Position numbers and translations under genes: made by a program
NCBI GenBank assembly: GCA_903842345.1
Contig: CAIMLR010000042.1
Location: 21,744-85,743, forward strand
DNA length: 64,000 nt
Direction: 5' to 3'
Origin: an uncultured Myxococcales bacterium
GTDB lineage: Bacteria; Myxococcota_A; UBA9042
In this document: positions 28,962-38,783 of the stretch, piece by piece
How positions within the stretch are numbered: position 1 is the first letter of the stretch
Layout of the letters: every line of letters starts with the position of its first letter
Notes under the pieces: model-generated
What the model saw: the letters and a program-made list of their open reading frames with translations, nothing else
Told to the model about the DNA's origin: nothing
The model's database searches: none

Positions 28962-29696
28962 ATGGACCAGTTCATGAAACTGCCACCTGGCCAAAAAGCC
29001 GCCGTCCTCGCGGCGGTGTTGGCCGTGATTGGTCTGGGCATGTACTTCTTGCTCGTCGACCCGCAGTTGGGCCGGGCCGCGGCCGCGCGTGCGACGCTGC
29101 AGAAGACGGAGAAGGAACTCTCTGACCTCAAGGCTGAAGCGAGCCAGGAAGAGTTGGCCAAGCTGCGCAAACAGAACGACGAACTGAACGAGAAGAACAA
29201 GGAAGCCAAGAAGATGCTGCCGGCCTCGGAAGAGGTGCCTGACCTCATCGACTCCGTGCAAAACGATGCGGTTCACGTGGGTTTGCAGGTCCGACGCTTT
29301 GACCGGCTCAAAGAGCAGAATCAGGATATGTACCTGGCGATCCCGATCCGCATGGTCGTGGACGGCAAGATGAACGACCTGATCCGCTTCCTGCGGATCT
29401 ACGCCGGCAATGACCGGCGCGTCGTGCACATCAAGGAACTGACGATCGAACAGACGGCGCCGGACGCGGAAGTCATCAAGAAGAAGATCGCGGCCTCGCA
29501 GCCGGACGGCAAGGCCTCCCAGCGCGCCGTGATCACGCCCGAAGATCGGCTGCTGCAGGCGATCGAGGAAGCGGAGTTGGTGTATGATCTCGTGACGGTC
29601 CGCGCGACGTTCACGGCGTACGCCTACACGTGGACGGGCAAGCCGGCGCCGCAGGGCACCGCCATTCCCGTTCGCAACAACCGCAAGCGCACGTAG
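28962..29696 (+). CDS. pilO: Type IV pilus assembly protein PilO
   Basis: TM, coiled coil, LPASEEVPDLI and YLAIPIRMVVDG; AGGAG RBS; synteny. Confidence 0.88.
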   Translation: MDQFMKLPPGQKAAVLAAVLAVIGLGMYFLLVDPQLGRAAAARATLQKTEKELSDLKAEASQEELAKLRKQNDELNEKNKEAKKMLPASEEVPDLIDSVQNDAVHVGLQVRRFDRLKEQNQDMYLAIPIRMVVDGKMNDLIRFLRIYAGNDRRVVHIKELTIEQTAPDAEVIKKKIAASQPDGKASQRAVITPEDRLLQAIEEAELVYDLVTVRATFTAYAYTWTGKPAPQGTAIPVRNNRKRT

Positions 29697-29714
29697 CCGG
29701 AGCAAACGAGACCC

Positions 29715-30383
29715 ATGGTCCTGACGCAGAAGCCCAATTTGCCCCAGCCCGCCGCCCGCCGCTCCACGGCGGCTTTGGTGTTGTTGGCGTTCTTGGCGGC
29801 GTGCGGTGGCAGTGCGCCGGAAAAAAAGCCAGCGCCAGACGAGAGGCCCAAGCCCAAGGCGCCCGTGCCGGAGCCCGCGGAAGGCGGCGCGTCGATCGAT
29901 GGCTGGATCGTGCTGGGCGAAAATCCCAAATGGAAGCCGATCAAGCCGCTGTTTGAAACGTATGCGAAGCGCGAAGTGACGGGGCTGCACAACCCGATGC
30001 GCTCGAATCTGACGGCGTTTGTCGAGAAGCCCGTGCCGACCGCGACGCGCGCGGAAGACGAAGTCGTCGACAAGCCGAAGGAAAAATTGGAGGACACGCC
30101 GTTCACGCGCGTCAAACTCGGCACCCTGACGCTGATTGTGCTTGTCACCGGCGTCGCCCAGCCCAAGGCAGTGCTGCTGGACGGTGAGGGCAACCAACTC
30201 GTCGTCATGCGCGGCGACCACCTCGGTTCAGAAGGCGGCGTCGTCAAGGCGATTACCCAATACGAACTGCAAGTTTCTGTCCCGGGCGAACCTGACGTCG
30301 TCAAGTCGCTCAAGCCGCCGCTGAATCCAGTGGAAGAACTCGACGCCGAGACTCAAGGTGCCGGCAAGAAGCCCGAACTGTGA
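29715..30383 (+). CDS. pilP: Type IV pilus lipoprotein PilP
   Basis: Lipobox LAAC; NPMRS and LTLIVLV..PKAVLLDGEG..VMRGDHLGSEGGVVKAI; synteny. Confidence 0.85.
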   Translation: MVLTQKPNLPQPAARRSTAALVLLAFLAACGGSAPEKKPAPDERPKPKAPVPEPAEGGASIDGWIVLGENPKWKPIKPLFETYAKREVTGLHNPMRSNLTAFVEKPVPTATRAEDEVVDKPKEKLEDTPFTRVKLGTLTLIVLVTGVAQPKAVLLDGEGNQLVVMRGDHLGSEGGVVKAITQYELQVSVPGEPDVVKSLKPPLNPVEELDAETQGAGKKPEL

Positions 30384-30401
30384 GCCAGAGGTAAACTGCC
30401 G

Positions 30402-33400
30402 ATGAAGATCACAATGCTGCAAAAGACGACCCCGCCGTTGCTGGACCGCAAGTCCGCACTTTCGCGGGCCATTAGCCAATTGCTCGTCGTCGCGATGGCG
30501 CTGCCGGCGCCGATGGCGACCGCGTGGGCCAACGAGCCCGGGCGCGCGACGCAAGCGGTCGTGTCCCTGCTGGGCATCGACGTGCAGGAAGCGCCGCAGA
30601 CGACCGTCATCACGGTGCACGGCAGCACCGTTCCGACCTTCACGACCTACCGGCTGGACAAGCCGCAACGGCTGATCGTCGACGTCGTCGGCGCCAACGT
30701 GACCGCCAATGAGCCGCGCTTCGTCCAAAATGGCGTGGTGCGTTCCGTGGAAGCGGTGCCTTTCAAGCGCGGTGCGGCCAATTTTGGCCGGGTGATCGTG
30801 ACATTTGAGCAGGACGCGCTGTACCACGTGCGGGCGGAGGGCAATAGCGTCGTCATCGTGGTGGACGGCAGCGATCGCAAGCTGAATCAGGCGCAGACCG
30901 CACAGGTGGCCGCCGCCGAAGAAGCGGCGCGCACGGCGGCGCAGCGCGAGCGGGATTTGGCCGCGGAACTGCGGAAGTCGCGGCAGCGGGAGGAAGACGC
31001 GCAGACCGCGCAGCACGACGCCCAGGTGGCGCAGCGCAAACTGCAAGACGACCTGGATGCCCTGAAGCAGCAGGCGGGCGACAAAGCCGCGCTGGAAGCC
31101 AAGCAGGCGGAGATCAGCCAGTCGGCGGCGGCGTTGGACGCGGCGAATCAACGGCTCAAAGAAGAGCAGGACGCGGCCAAGAAGCTGCGCGAACAGCTCA
31201 ATCAAGAACGCCAGAGCCTGGCGGCGGTGATCGCCCAGCGCCAGTCGGAAGAAGCGCGGATTGAACTGCTGCGCCAGAAGATTACGGAATTGCAGCGGGA
31301 TACGCAGCGCAAGGATGATGCGCGGATCGCCGGATTGCAGGCGGAGCTCGAGCGCGCGCGCAAGCAGGCGGAGCAGTTGCGGACCGATGCGCGGGACATC
31401 GCGGGATCGCGGCGCACGGCGCAAGCGGAAGAAGTCGCGCACTTGAAGAAGGTGCTGGCCGGCAAGGACGCGGAGTTGCAGGGCGCATTGGCGCGGTCAG
31501 ATGCGGCGTCCAAGGCGCAGGCGGCGCAGCTCAAGCAGGAGCTCGGTCAGGCGCGCGATCAGTTGAAGCAGACGCAAACGGCGCTGGAACGCGCGGCCAA
31601 GGCCGATGCCGAGCGCGAGCTGGCAGAGCGCAAATGGCGCGAGGCGGAGCAGCGGGCCGTGCGCGCGGAGCAGGAGCTGGCGGCGCGGACGGTCGAACTG
31701 TCCAAGAGCCGGGCGGAGACGGCGGATTTGGCGCGCCAGAAGAAAGAAGCCGACGCGCGAGCGACGGAAGTGGCCCGGCTGCTGACCGAGCGCGAGCGCG
31801 AGATTGAGGGCGTGAAGCTGGCGCTGAAGGAACGCGAGTCCCTGCTGACGGCGGAGCTGGCCGCGGCCAAGGATCGCGAGGCGGCAGCGGCCAAGGCCGG
31901 TCGGCAGACGGAAGCCGAGCAGGCGGCGCGCGAGCGGACGGAACTGGAAAAGCGCCAGAGCGCGCTGACCGGCGAACTGGCTGTGCGCGAGAAAGAACTT
32001 GTGCAGGCGCGCCACGATGCGGCGGACAACCAGCAGGCCCGCGCCCAAGCGGAACAGGAAGCAGAGCGGTTGCGCGCGGAGCTGGCCAATCGCGAGCAGG
32101 CGCTGCGGAGCCTGCAACAGGGCAAGTCGACGGCCGACCAGAAGAAGCTGGCGGAGGCGGAAGCGCAAGTGCAGGCGGCGCGCGCGCAACTGCAGTCGCA
32201 GCTGGCGGAACGCGACCAGAAGATGGCGGCGCTGCAGAAGCAGGTGACCGGCGAACTGGCGCAGATGCACAAGCAGCTGGAAGGCCTGCGCGGCGATCTG
32301 GCCGCGGCGAAGCAGGAGACGCGGGACGCGCGTGAGACGGCCCAGACGCGCGAACTGGAACTCCAGGCGACCAAGGCGAGCGCGCAGGAACGCGAGAAAG
32401 CGCTGCAGGCGGCGAAAGAGACGGCGGACAATCGCGCGGCGCAAGTGGCGCGGCTGTTGGACGAGCGCGAACGGCAGATTGGCGCGATGCGCACCGACCT
32501 GCAGACCCGCGAGGCGACGCTGACGGCCGAGCTGACGCAGGCCAAAGCGCGTGAAGTGGCGGCGCAGAAAGCCGGCAAGAAAGCGGAAGTGGAAGCGGCG
32601 GCCAAGACGCGGACTGCGCTGGAAAAAGAACAGTCGGCGCTGCGCAAGGACCTGGCGTCCCGCGAGCGCGATCTGGCGAGTGCGCGACAGGAAGCGGACA
32701 AGAACGCGACGGCGCGGCGGCAGGCCGAGCAGCAGGCGGAGACGCTGCGGCAGGAACTGGCCCACCGCGAGACGGAACTGGAGACGCTGCGCGCGGCAGG
32801 CGACGGCGCGGCGCGCAAGAAGCTGGGTGACGCGGAAGCGCGCGTTGCGGCGACCCGGCAGCAGTTGCAGGTGCAGTTGGCGGATCGCGATCGCCAGTTG
32901 GCGGCGACCGAGCAGCGCTTGCAGGCGCAGATGGACCAGGTCAAGGCGGAGTTGGCGCGGACCAAGGCGGAGTCGGCGCGCAAGGACCGCGAGCTGACGG
33001 CGGCCCGCGAGCAGGAAGCGCGGCAGAAGAAGCTGGCGGACCAGGTGTCGACGCAGTTGCACGATCGCGAAGAAGAGATCGCGGGCCTGCGCAAGTCCGT
33101 GCAGGCGCGCGAGGCCAGGCTGCAGGCAGCGATGACGTCCGCGCGTGAGGCCGAACACAAGGCGCAGCGCGAAGGTCGGGCGCAGGATGCGGCCAAGGCC
33201 AAGGCGGAGCGCACGCGGCTGGAAGTGCAGCAGGCAGACCTGCGCAAGGAACTGACGGCGCAACAGGCGAGCCTCGCGGACGCGCGGCAGGAAGCGGCGC
33301 GGCAGGCGGAAGCGCGCCAGAAGGCGGAAGCGGACGCGCGGCGCCTGCAATCGGCACTTGCCGATCGCGAGCAGGCTTTGGCGGCGCTGCAGAGCACGTC

Positions 33401-36400
33401 GGCGTCGGCGGCAGAGCTGGAACACGCGCGCAAGTCCGTGGAAGAAGCGCGGGCGCGGCTGAGCGAGCAGGAAGTTGCGCAGGCGGCCCGGCTGGCGGAA
33501 ATGCAGACGCAGTTTGACGGCCGGCTGGCCAAGATGCAGGGCGAAATGCTGGCGGCACACGCCCGCGAACTCGCGGATCTGCGGGCTGAGCGGGAAGCGC
33601 GGGAAAAGCAGTCGCAGGAGCGCGCGGCGCGTGTGGAAGGGCTGCTGAAGGATCGCGAGAGCGAGCTCAAGCGCCTGCAGGATGAAGTGAAAGTGCGCGA
33701 GATGACGCTCGCGGCGCAGCTGGAAGACGCCAAGGCGCGCGAGCAGGAAGCGTCGGCCAAGGGCCAGGAAGCCGAGGCGCGCAAGGCCGCGGTCGATCGC
33801 CAGAAGCTGGAAACGGCGATGGCGCGGCTGCAGGACGACGTGAAGGCGCATGAGCTCGCGCTGGCATCAGCGCAGCAGGATGCCAAGGCGCAAGCGGATG
33901 CCCGCGCTCAGGCGGAACAGCAGGTGCAGTCGCTGACCGTGGCGCTGCGCGAACGCGAACAGGCGCTTGCGTCGGCGCGGCAGTCCGGCGGCACGAACGC
34001 GGGTCGCGTGGCTGAAGCGCAGGCGGATCTGGACAAGGCGCAGCTGGAGCATTCTGCGGCGCTGGCGGCGCGCGACGCGCAGATCCAGAAGCTGGAGCAG
34101 GACGTGGAAGCGCGCATCGCGCAGGTACGCGAGGAGTTGGCGGTCGAGCACAAGAAACGGGAAGCGGCGCTGGCGCAGCAGATGGAGAAGCAGAGCGAGC
34201 AGTATGAAGCGCGCATTGCGATGACCGAAGCGCAGGCGCAGAAGGCGAGCGAGCATGAGCAGAAGCTCTCGACCTTGCTTTCCCAGCGGGAACGCGAGCT
34301 GAAGGCGCTGCAGACGCAGCTCGGCGAGCGGCTGGCCAATCTGGACGCGGAGACGGCGGACGCCAAAGCGCGCGAGCTGGCGGCACAGAAATCGGGACAG
34401 ACGCAGGCGGCGGCCGCGGCGGTGCGCGACCAGAAGCGGCTGCAGCGCGAGCTGGGCGAGGCGCGCAAGCAGATGCGCGAGCGCGAAGTGGCCATCAACA
34501 CGGCGCGGACCGAGGCGATCAGCCAGCAGAAAGCGCGCGAAGAGACCGACAAGCGGGCGCGGGCGCTGACGGCGACGCTGGAAGCGCGCGCGGCGGAGCT
34601 GCAGGAGTTGCAGCGCGATTCCAAGGCGGATCGGGCGCGCGTGGCGGCGGCTGAGAAGGCCGTGACGGAAGCGAAGGCGCGGCTGGAAGCGACGGAGCGG
34701 GCGCGGGCGGACGCGGATCGCGCGACGCAGAAGCGACTCGAACAGGAAATTGCCAGCGTGCGCAAGCAGATGGCGGCGGAAGCGGCGGCGCGTGAGAAGG
34801 CGCTGGCGGACCAGTACGCGGCGCGCGAGTCGGAGCTGCAGTCGCAGTTGAAGCAGTCCGAGACGCGGCGCAAGGCGGCGGAATCGACGGCGGCCAAGAC
34901 CGCGCCGATGGACGATTACCTGAAGCGCCAGCAGGCGCGCATCGCCGTGCTGGAATCGCGCGCCGATCGCGAGCGCGAGTCGCGGCAGGAAGTGGCCAAG
35001 CTGGCGCAGGACGAGCGCAAGCGCGCGGAAGAACTGCAGCAGCAGCTGGCCGAGGAGCGCGCGGAAAAGGCGCACAAGGATCAGGAGCTGGAGACGCTGC
35101 GGCGGCAGGCGGCGCAGGCGGACGCGGCGGCCAAGAAGGCGCAGCAGCGGGACGTGGACAAGCAGGCGGCCGCGGCGGCGGAGAAGCAGAAGACCCTGGC
35201 GGCGCAAGCCAAGGCCAAGGATGAAGACGGGCTGCGGCGCGAAGCGGGGGCTGAACGGCAGCGGGCGCGGCAGGATCGCGGCGGCGATGTGCAGGGCACG
35301 CTGATCCAGGACGTTGCGATCACGGCGGAAGGCAAGGAGCGCGGCCACCTCGTGCTGCCGCTCAACGCGCAGATCAAGGCGAGCCAGGTTGTGGTGTTGA
35401 GCCGCGATGCGCACCGCCTCGTGCTGCGGGTGACCGGCGCGCGTGTGCCGGAACGGCTGCAGAAGACCTACGACACAGGCGGGCTGCAGGGTCCGATGGA
35501 CCGCGTGACGGTCTTCTCGCCGGAAGGCCAGAAAGAAGAAGTGCGCGTTGTCGTGGACCTGAATGAAGGCGTGACCGACCGCCTGCGCGTGGAAGGTGAC
35601 CGCGTCCTGTGGGATTTTGAGCGGCTTGACGCCCGCGCGACGAACGTGAAGTCGGCGTTTGCCCAGAAGGGCGGCGCGGTCAAGACGGGCGGCGAAGGCC
35701 TGGCGGTTGCGCCGCAGCCGGCCCAAGCGGCTGAAGATCCCAGTGGCGGCGGCGGTGCTCCCCCGAGCGGCGTGGGCGGCGGATCAGCGGCGGAGTCGCA
35801 GGGCGTCAACGCTGACCCGATTCGCGCACCGTGGCGCAAAGCGCGCCGCTACACCGGCAAGCGCATCAACCTGACCATCAAGGACGCCGACATCCAGCAC
35901 GTGCTGACGTTCCTCGCCAAGGAAGGCAAGGTCAACATCATCGCCGGTCCGGAAGTCAGCGGCAAAGTCACGTTCCACCTGGAGAACATCCCGTGGGACC
36001 TCGCGCTGGACGTGATCCTGCGCGCCCGCGACCTCGACTACGTGCGCCAATCCGGCGTCATTCGCGTCAGCACGCGTGAAGCGCTGCGCAAAGAGTTTGA
36101 ACAGGAGGTAGAAAGGCGACAGAAGCTCGAAGACGTCAAGCAGCTCGTCGTCCGGATCATCCCGGTAAACTACAGCCAAGCGACTGAAATCGCGCGCCAA
36201 GCCAAGGAACTGAACTCCAAGAAGGGCACGTCCTCGGTCGACACGCGCACCAACGCGCTCATCGTCAAGGACACGGAGGAGCACGTTGCGGCGATCGAAG
36301 AGATGGTCCGCAAGCTCGACACGCAGACCCCGCAGGTGCTGATTGAAGCGCGCATCGTGGAAGCGCAGAGTTCGTTCAGCCGCGACGTCGGCGTCCAGTG

Positions 36401-37151
36401 GGGCGGCAACTTCGCGGCCTCCAGCTTGTACGGCAATGAAACGGGCCTGTCGTTCCCATCGGCGCTCGGCATCGCGGGCGGCGCGGACTCCAACGGCGGC
36501 ACCGCCGGCCTCGGCAGCTCTGTCCCCATCACGACGCCAAACTACGCGGTCAACTTGCCAGCGGCCGTCGGTAGCGGCGCGGGCGGCGCGATTGGCTTCT
36601 CGCTCGGTTCGCTCGGCGGCGCCGCCAACTTGAATCTGCGTCTGTCGGCCGCGGAAACGGAAGGTACCGTCAAGATCGTTTCCAGTCCCAAGGTGCTGAC
36701 GCTGGACAACACGACGGCGACCATCAGCCAAGGCGTGCAGATCCCGATCTCGGTGGTCAGCGCCCAAGGCGTGCAGACGCGCTTCTTTGACGCCCGCTTG
36801 CTGCTGTCGGCCACGCCGCACATCACGCAGGACGGCAACATCGCGATGAAGGTCCGCATCACCAAGAACGAGCCGGACTTCTCCAATCGCGCGGCGGACG
36901 GCAATCCCTCCGTGAACACGCGTGAAGCGCAGACGGACCTGCTGCTCGGCGACGGCGAGACGACGGTCATCGGCGGCATCTATACGCGCTCGACCTCGAC
37001 GGCCATCAAGAAGGTGCCGATCCTCGGCGACCTGCCCTTCATCGGCGTGCTGTTCCGCAGCCACTCCGATCAGGACAAGCGCACGGAACTGCTCATCTTC
37101 ATCACGCCGCGCATCGTCAATCGTTCGACCGCCATTTCCGTGGGCAAATAG
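30402..37151 (+). CDS. pilQ: Giant type IV pilus secretin PilQ (2249 aa) with a ~1470-aa coiled-coil insertion
   Basis: Signal peptide (AWA), AMIN (aa ~53-156), coiled coil (~160-1630), second AMIN (~1634-1740), N0 (YTGKRINL), N3 and secretin (PQVLIEARIVE...ELLIFITPRI). Confidence 0.93.
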   Translation: MKITMLQKTTPPLLDRKSALSRAISQLLVVAMALPAPMATAWANEPGRATQAVVSLLGIDVQEAPQTTVITVHGSTVPTFTTYRLDKPQRLIVDVVGANVTANEPRFVQNGVVRSVEAVPFKRGAANFGRVIVTFEQDALYHVRAEGNSVVIVVDGSDRKLNQAQTAQVAAAEEAARTAAQRERDLAAELRKSRQREEDAQTAQHDAQVAQRKLQDDLDALKQQAGDKAALEAKQAEISQSAAALDAANQRLKEEQDAAKKLREQLNQERQSLAAVIAQRQSEEARIELLRQKITELQRDTQRKDDARIAGLQAELERARKQAEQLRTDARDIAGSRRTAQAEEVAHLKKVLAGKDAELQGALARSDAASKAQAAQLKQELGQARDQLKQTQTALERAAKADAERELAERKWREAEQRAVRAEQELAARTVELSKSRAETADLARQKKEADARATEVARLLTEREREIEGVKLALKERESLLTAELAAAKDREAAAAKAGRQTEAEQAARERTELEKRQSALTGELAVREKELVQARHDAADNQQARAQAEQEAERLRAELANREQALRSLQQGKSTADQKKLAEAEAQVQAARAQLQSQLAERDQKMAALQKQVTGELAQMHKQLEGLRGDLAAAKQETRDARETAQTRELELQATKASAQEREKALQAAKETADNRAAQVARLLDERERQIGAMRTDLQTREATLTAELTQAKAREVAAQKAGKKAEVEAAAKTRTALEKEQSALRKDLASRERDLASARQEADKNATARRQAEQQAETLRQELAHRETELETLRAAGDGAARKKLGDAEARVAATRQQLQVQLADRDRQLAATEQRLQAQMDQVKAELARTKAESARKDRELTAAREQEARQKKLADQVSTQLHDREEEIAGLRKSVQAREARLQAAMTSAREAEHKAQREGRAQDAAKAKAERTRLEVQQADLRKELTAQQASLADARQEAARQAEARQKAEADARRLQSALADREQALAALQSTSASAAELEHARKSVEEARARLSEQEVAQAARLAEMQTQFDGRLAKMQGEMLAAHARELADLRAEREAREKQSQERAARVEGLLKDRESELKRLQDEVKVREMTLAAQLEDAKAREQEASAKGQEAEARKAAVDRQKLETAMARLQDDVKAHELALASAQQDAKAQADARAQAEQQVQSLTVALREREQALASARQSGGTNAGRVAEAQADLDKAQLEHSAALAARDAQIQKLEQDVEARIAQVREELAVEHKKREAALAQQMEKQSEQYEARIAMTEAQAQKASEHEQKLSTLLSQRERELKALQTQLGERLANLDAETADAKARELAAQKSGQTQAAAAAVRDQKRLQRELGEARKQMREREVAINTARTEAISQQKAREETDKRARALTATLEARAAELQELQRDSKADRARVAAAEKAVTEAKARLEATERARADADRATQKRLEQEIASVRKQMAAEAAAREKALADQYAARESELQSQLKQSETRRKAAESTAAKTAPMDDYLKRQQARIAVLESRADRERESRQEVAKLAQDERKRAEELQQQLAEERAEKAHKDQELETLRRQAAQADAAAKKAQQRDVDKQAAAAAEKQKTLAAQAKAKDEDGLRREAGAERQRARQDRGGDVQGTLIQDVAITAEGKERGHLVLPLNAQIKASQVVVLSRDAHRLVLRVTGARVPERLQKTYDTGGLQGPMDRVTVFSPEGQKEEVRVVVDLNEGVTDRLRVEGDRVLWDFERLDARATNVKSAFAQKGGAVKTGGEGLAVAPQPAQAAEDPSGGGGAPPSGVGGGSAAESQGVNADPIRAPWRKARRYTGKRINLTIKDADIQHVLTFLAKEGKVNIIAGPEVSGKVTFHLENIPWDLALDVILRARDLDYVRQSGVIRVSTREALRKEFEQEVERRQKLEDVKQLVVRIIPVNYSQATEIARQAKELNSKKGTSSVDTRTNALIVKDTEEHVAAIEEMVRKLDTQTPQVLIEARIVEAQSSFSRDVGVQWGGNFAASSLYGNETGLSFPSALGIAGGADSNGGTAGLGSSVPITTPNYAVNLPAAVGSGAGGAIGFSLGSLGGAANLNLRLSAAETEGTVKIVSSPKVLTLDNTTATISQGVQIPISVVSAQGVQTRFFDARLLLSATPHITQDGNIAMKVRITKNEPDFSNRAADGNPSVNTREAQTDLLLGDGETTVIGGIYTRSTSTAIKKVPILGDLPFIGVLFRSHSDQDKRTELLIFITPRIVNRSTAISVGK
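31749..34860 (+). repeat. Five diverged tandem protein-level repeats (196-225 aa) inside pilQ
   Basis: Anchor motif [LQ]Lxx(R/E)ExE(I/L) at 31779, 32454, 33054, 33642 and 34275. Each is followed by AKARE-x5-G-like and LAxREQAL-like motifs. Confidence 0.8.
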
Positions 37152-37154
37152 CGC

Positions 37155-38780
37155 ATGGCGAACGTGGTGCTGGTCGGCATGCCCGCGTCGGGCAAGACGT
37201 CCGTGGGCGCAAGCGTCGCGGCTTCGTTGGGGCTGACTTTTGTCGACCTGGACGCGCACATCGGCCAGATCGCCGGGCTCAACGTGGCGGACCTGTTGCG
37301 GCGCGAGGGCGAAACCACGTTCCGGCTGCGGGAGGCTGAGGCGCTCGATCGCGCGCTGGAAGGCGACGGCAAGCTGCTGGCGAGCGGCGGCGGTTCCCCG
37401 TGTTTTCACGACGGCATGAACCGGATGCGCGCCGCGGCGCACGTGATTTGGCTGGACGCGCCGGTGGACGCACTTGTGGAGCGAACGCTGCAGGACGGCG
37501 ACCGGCCGCTTCTGGGCCACACGCGGCTGGAGCAGACCGTGGCGCTGCGGGATTTGGCTGAGCGGCGCACACCGACCTACGCCCGCGCGCATCGCCGGGT
37601 GGACGCGACCCAACCGCTGCCGGCCGTGGTTCGGCAGGTTCAGGCGGCGCTGCGGCCGTCCGTCCAAGCGACGATCGCTTTTGAAGGCGTGGAGCATCCG
37701 CTCGTCATCGACGATGGGCATGTGAGCGACGCGGCGGATGCGCTGGCGGAGCTCGCCGGAAGCGGCAAGATCGCCCTCATCGTCGACCGCAAGGTGCGCG
37801 CGCAGGCCGAGCCGCTGGAAGCGATGCTCAAGGCGCGCGGCATCATGACCGTGCTGCTGGAAGTGCCGGGCGGTGAAAAGTCCAAGGATCTGCGGACGGC
37901 GGCAAAACTGTGGCAGGATCTGGCGCAGCATCAGTTTGACCGTTCGGACCTGCTCGTGGCGATTGGCGGGGGCGCGACGACGGACGTCGGCGGCTTTGTC
38001 GCGGCGACCTGGCTGCGTGGCGTGCGCCACGTCGCCATGCCGACGACCGTGCTGGCGATGGCGGACGCGAGCGTCGGTGGCAAGACGGCGATCGACCTGA
38101 ACGTGGGCAAGAACCTGGTTGGCGCATTCCATCCGCCAGCGCTGGTCTGGCTGGCGCTCGGTGCGCTGGAGACGCTGCCCGGCGTGGAATGGCGCAGTGG
38201 TCTGGCGGAAGTCGCGAAGATCTTTGTGGCGTTGGACGCCGATGCCTGGCGCGCGCTGTTGCGGGATGCCAAGTCGCTGCGGCGGCGCTCCGTGGCCGCG
38301 CTCAAGCCGCACGTGCAGCGCGCGGTCGAGCTCAAGGCGGAAATCGTCGCCCGCGATCCGCGGGAGCAAGGCGATCGCGCACTCCTGAACTTGGGACACA
38401 CGCTGGGGCACGCGCTGGAGGTCGATTCCGGCTTTACGCTGCGGCACGGCGACGCGGTGGCGCTGGGGCTGATCGCGGCGGCGGAGCTGTCCGTTGCGCA
38501 CGGCACGGCCGATGCGAACTTGGCCGTGGAACTGCGCGCTGGCTTTCAAGCGCTGGATCTGCCGACCCAATGGGAAGCGATGGCGACGCCCGCGGTGCTT
38601 GGGCGGCTCGGTCAGGACAAGAAGATGCGCGGCGAGCTGCTGCGGTTTGTCGAAGTGGCAGCAATCGGACGGGCGGTTGTTCGTCCTTGCCGCGTCAAGG
38701 AACTCGAGAGCATGCTGGCGGCCTTGGCGGCCCATGCGCAACGGCCGGCGGTTGCATCCGTCGGCGGGATGCGGAGGTAG
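37155..38780 (+). CDS. aroKB: Fused shikimate kinase / 3-dehydroquinate synthase
   Basis: GMPASGKT...FRLRE...SGGG (AroK), then GGGATTDVGGF, DASVGGKTA, KNLVGAFH, LNLGHTLGHALE and HGDAV (AroB). Confidence 0.93.
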   Translation: MANVVLVGMPASGKTSVGASVAASLGLTFVDLDAHIGQIAGLNVADLLRREGETTFRLREAEALDRALEGDGKLLASGGGSPCFHDGMNRMRAAAHVIWLDAPVDALVERTLQDGDRPLLGHTRLEQTVALRDLAERRTPTYARAHRRVDATQPLPAVVRQVQAALRPSVQATIAFEGVEHPLVIDDGHVSDAADALAELAGSGKIALIVDRKVRAQAEPLEAMLKARGIMTVLLEVPGGEKSKDLRTAAKLWQDLAQHQFDRSDLLVAIGGGATTDVGGFVAATWLRGVRHVAMPTTVLAMADASVGGKTAIDLNVGKNLVGAFHPPALVWLALGALETLPGVEWRSGLAEVAKIFVALDADAWRALLRDAKSLRRRSVAALKPHVQRAVELKAEIVARDPREQGDRALLNLGHTLGHALEVDSGFTLRHGDAVALGLIAAAELSVAHGTADANLAVELRAGFQALDLPTQWEAMATPAVLGRLGQDKKMRGELLRFVEVAAIGRAVVRPCRVKELESMLAALAAHAQRPAVASVGGMRR

Positions 38781-38783
38781 CGG

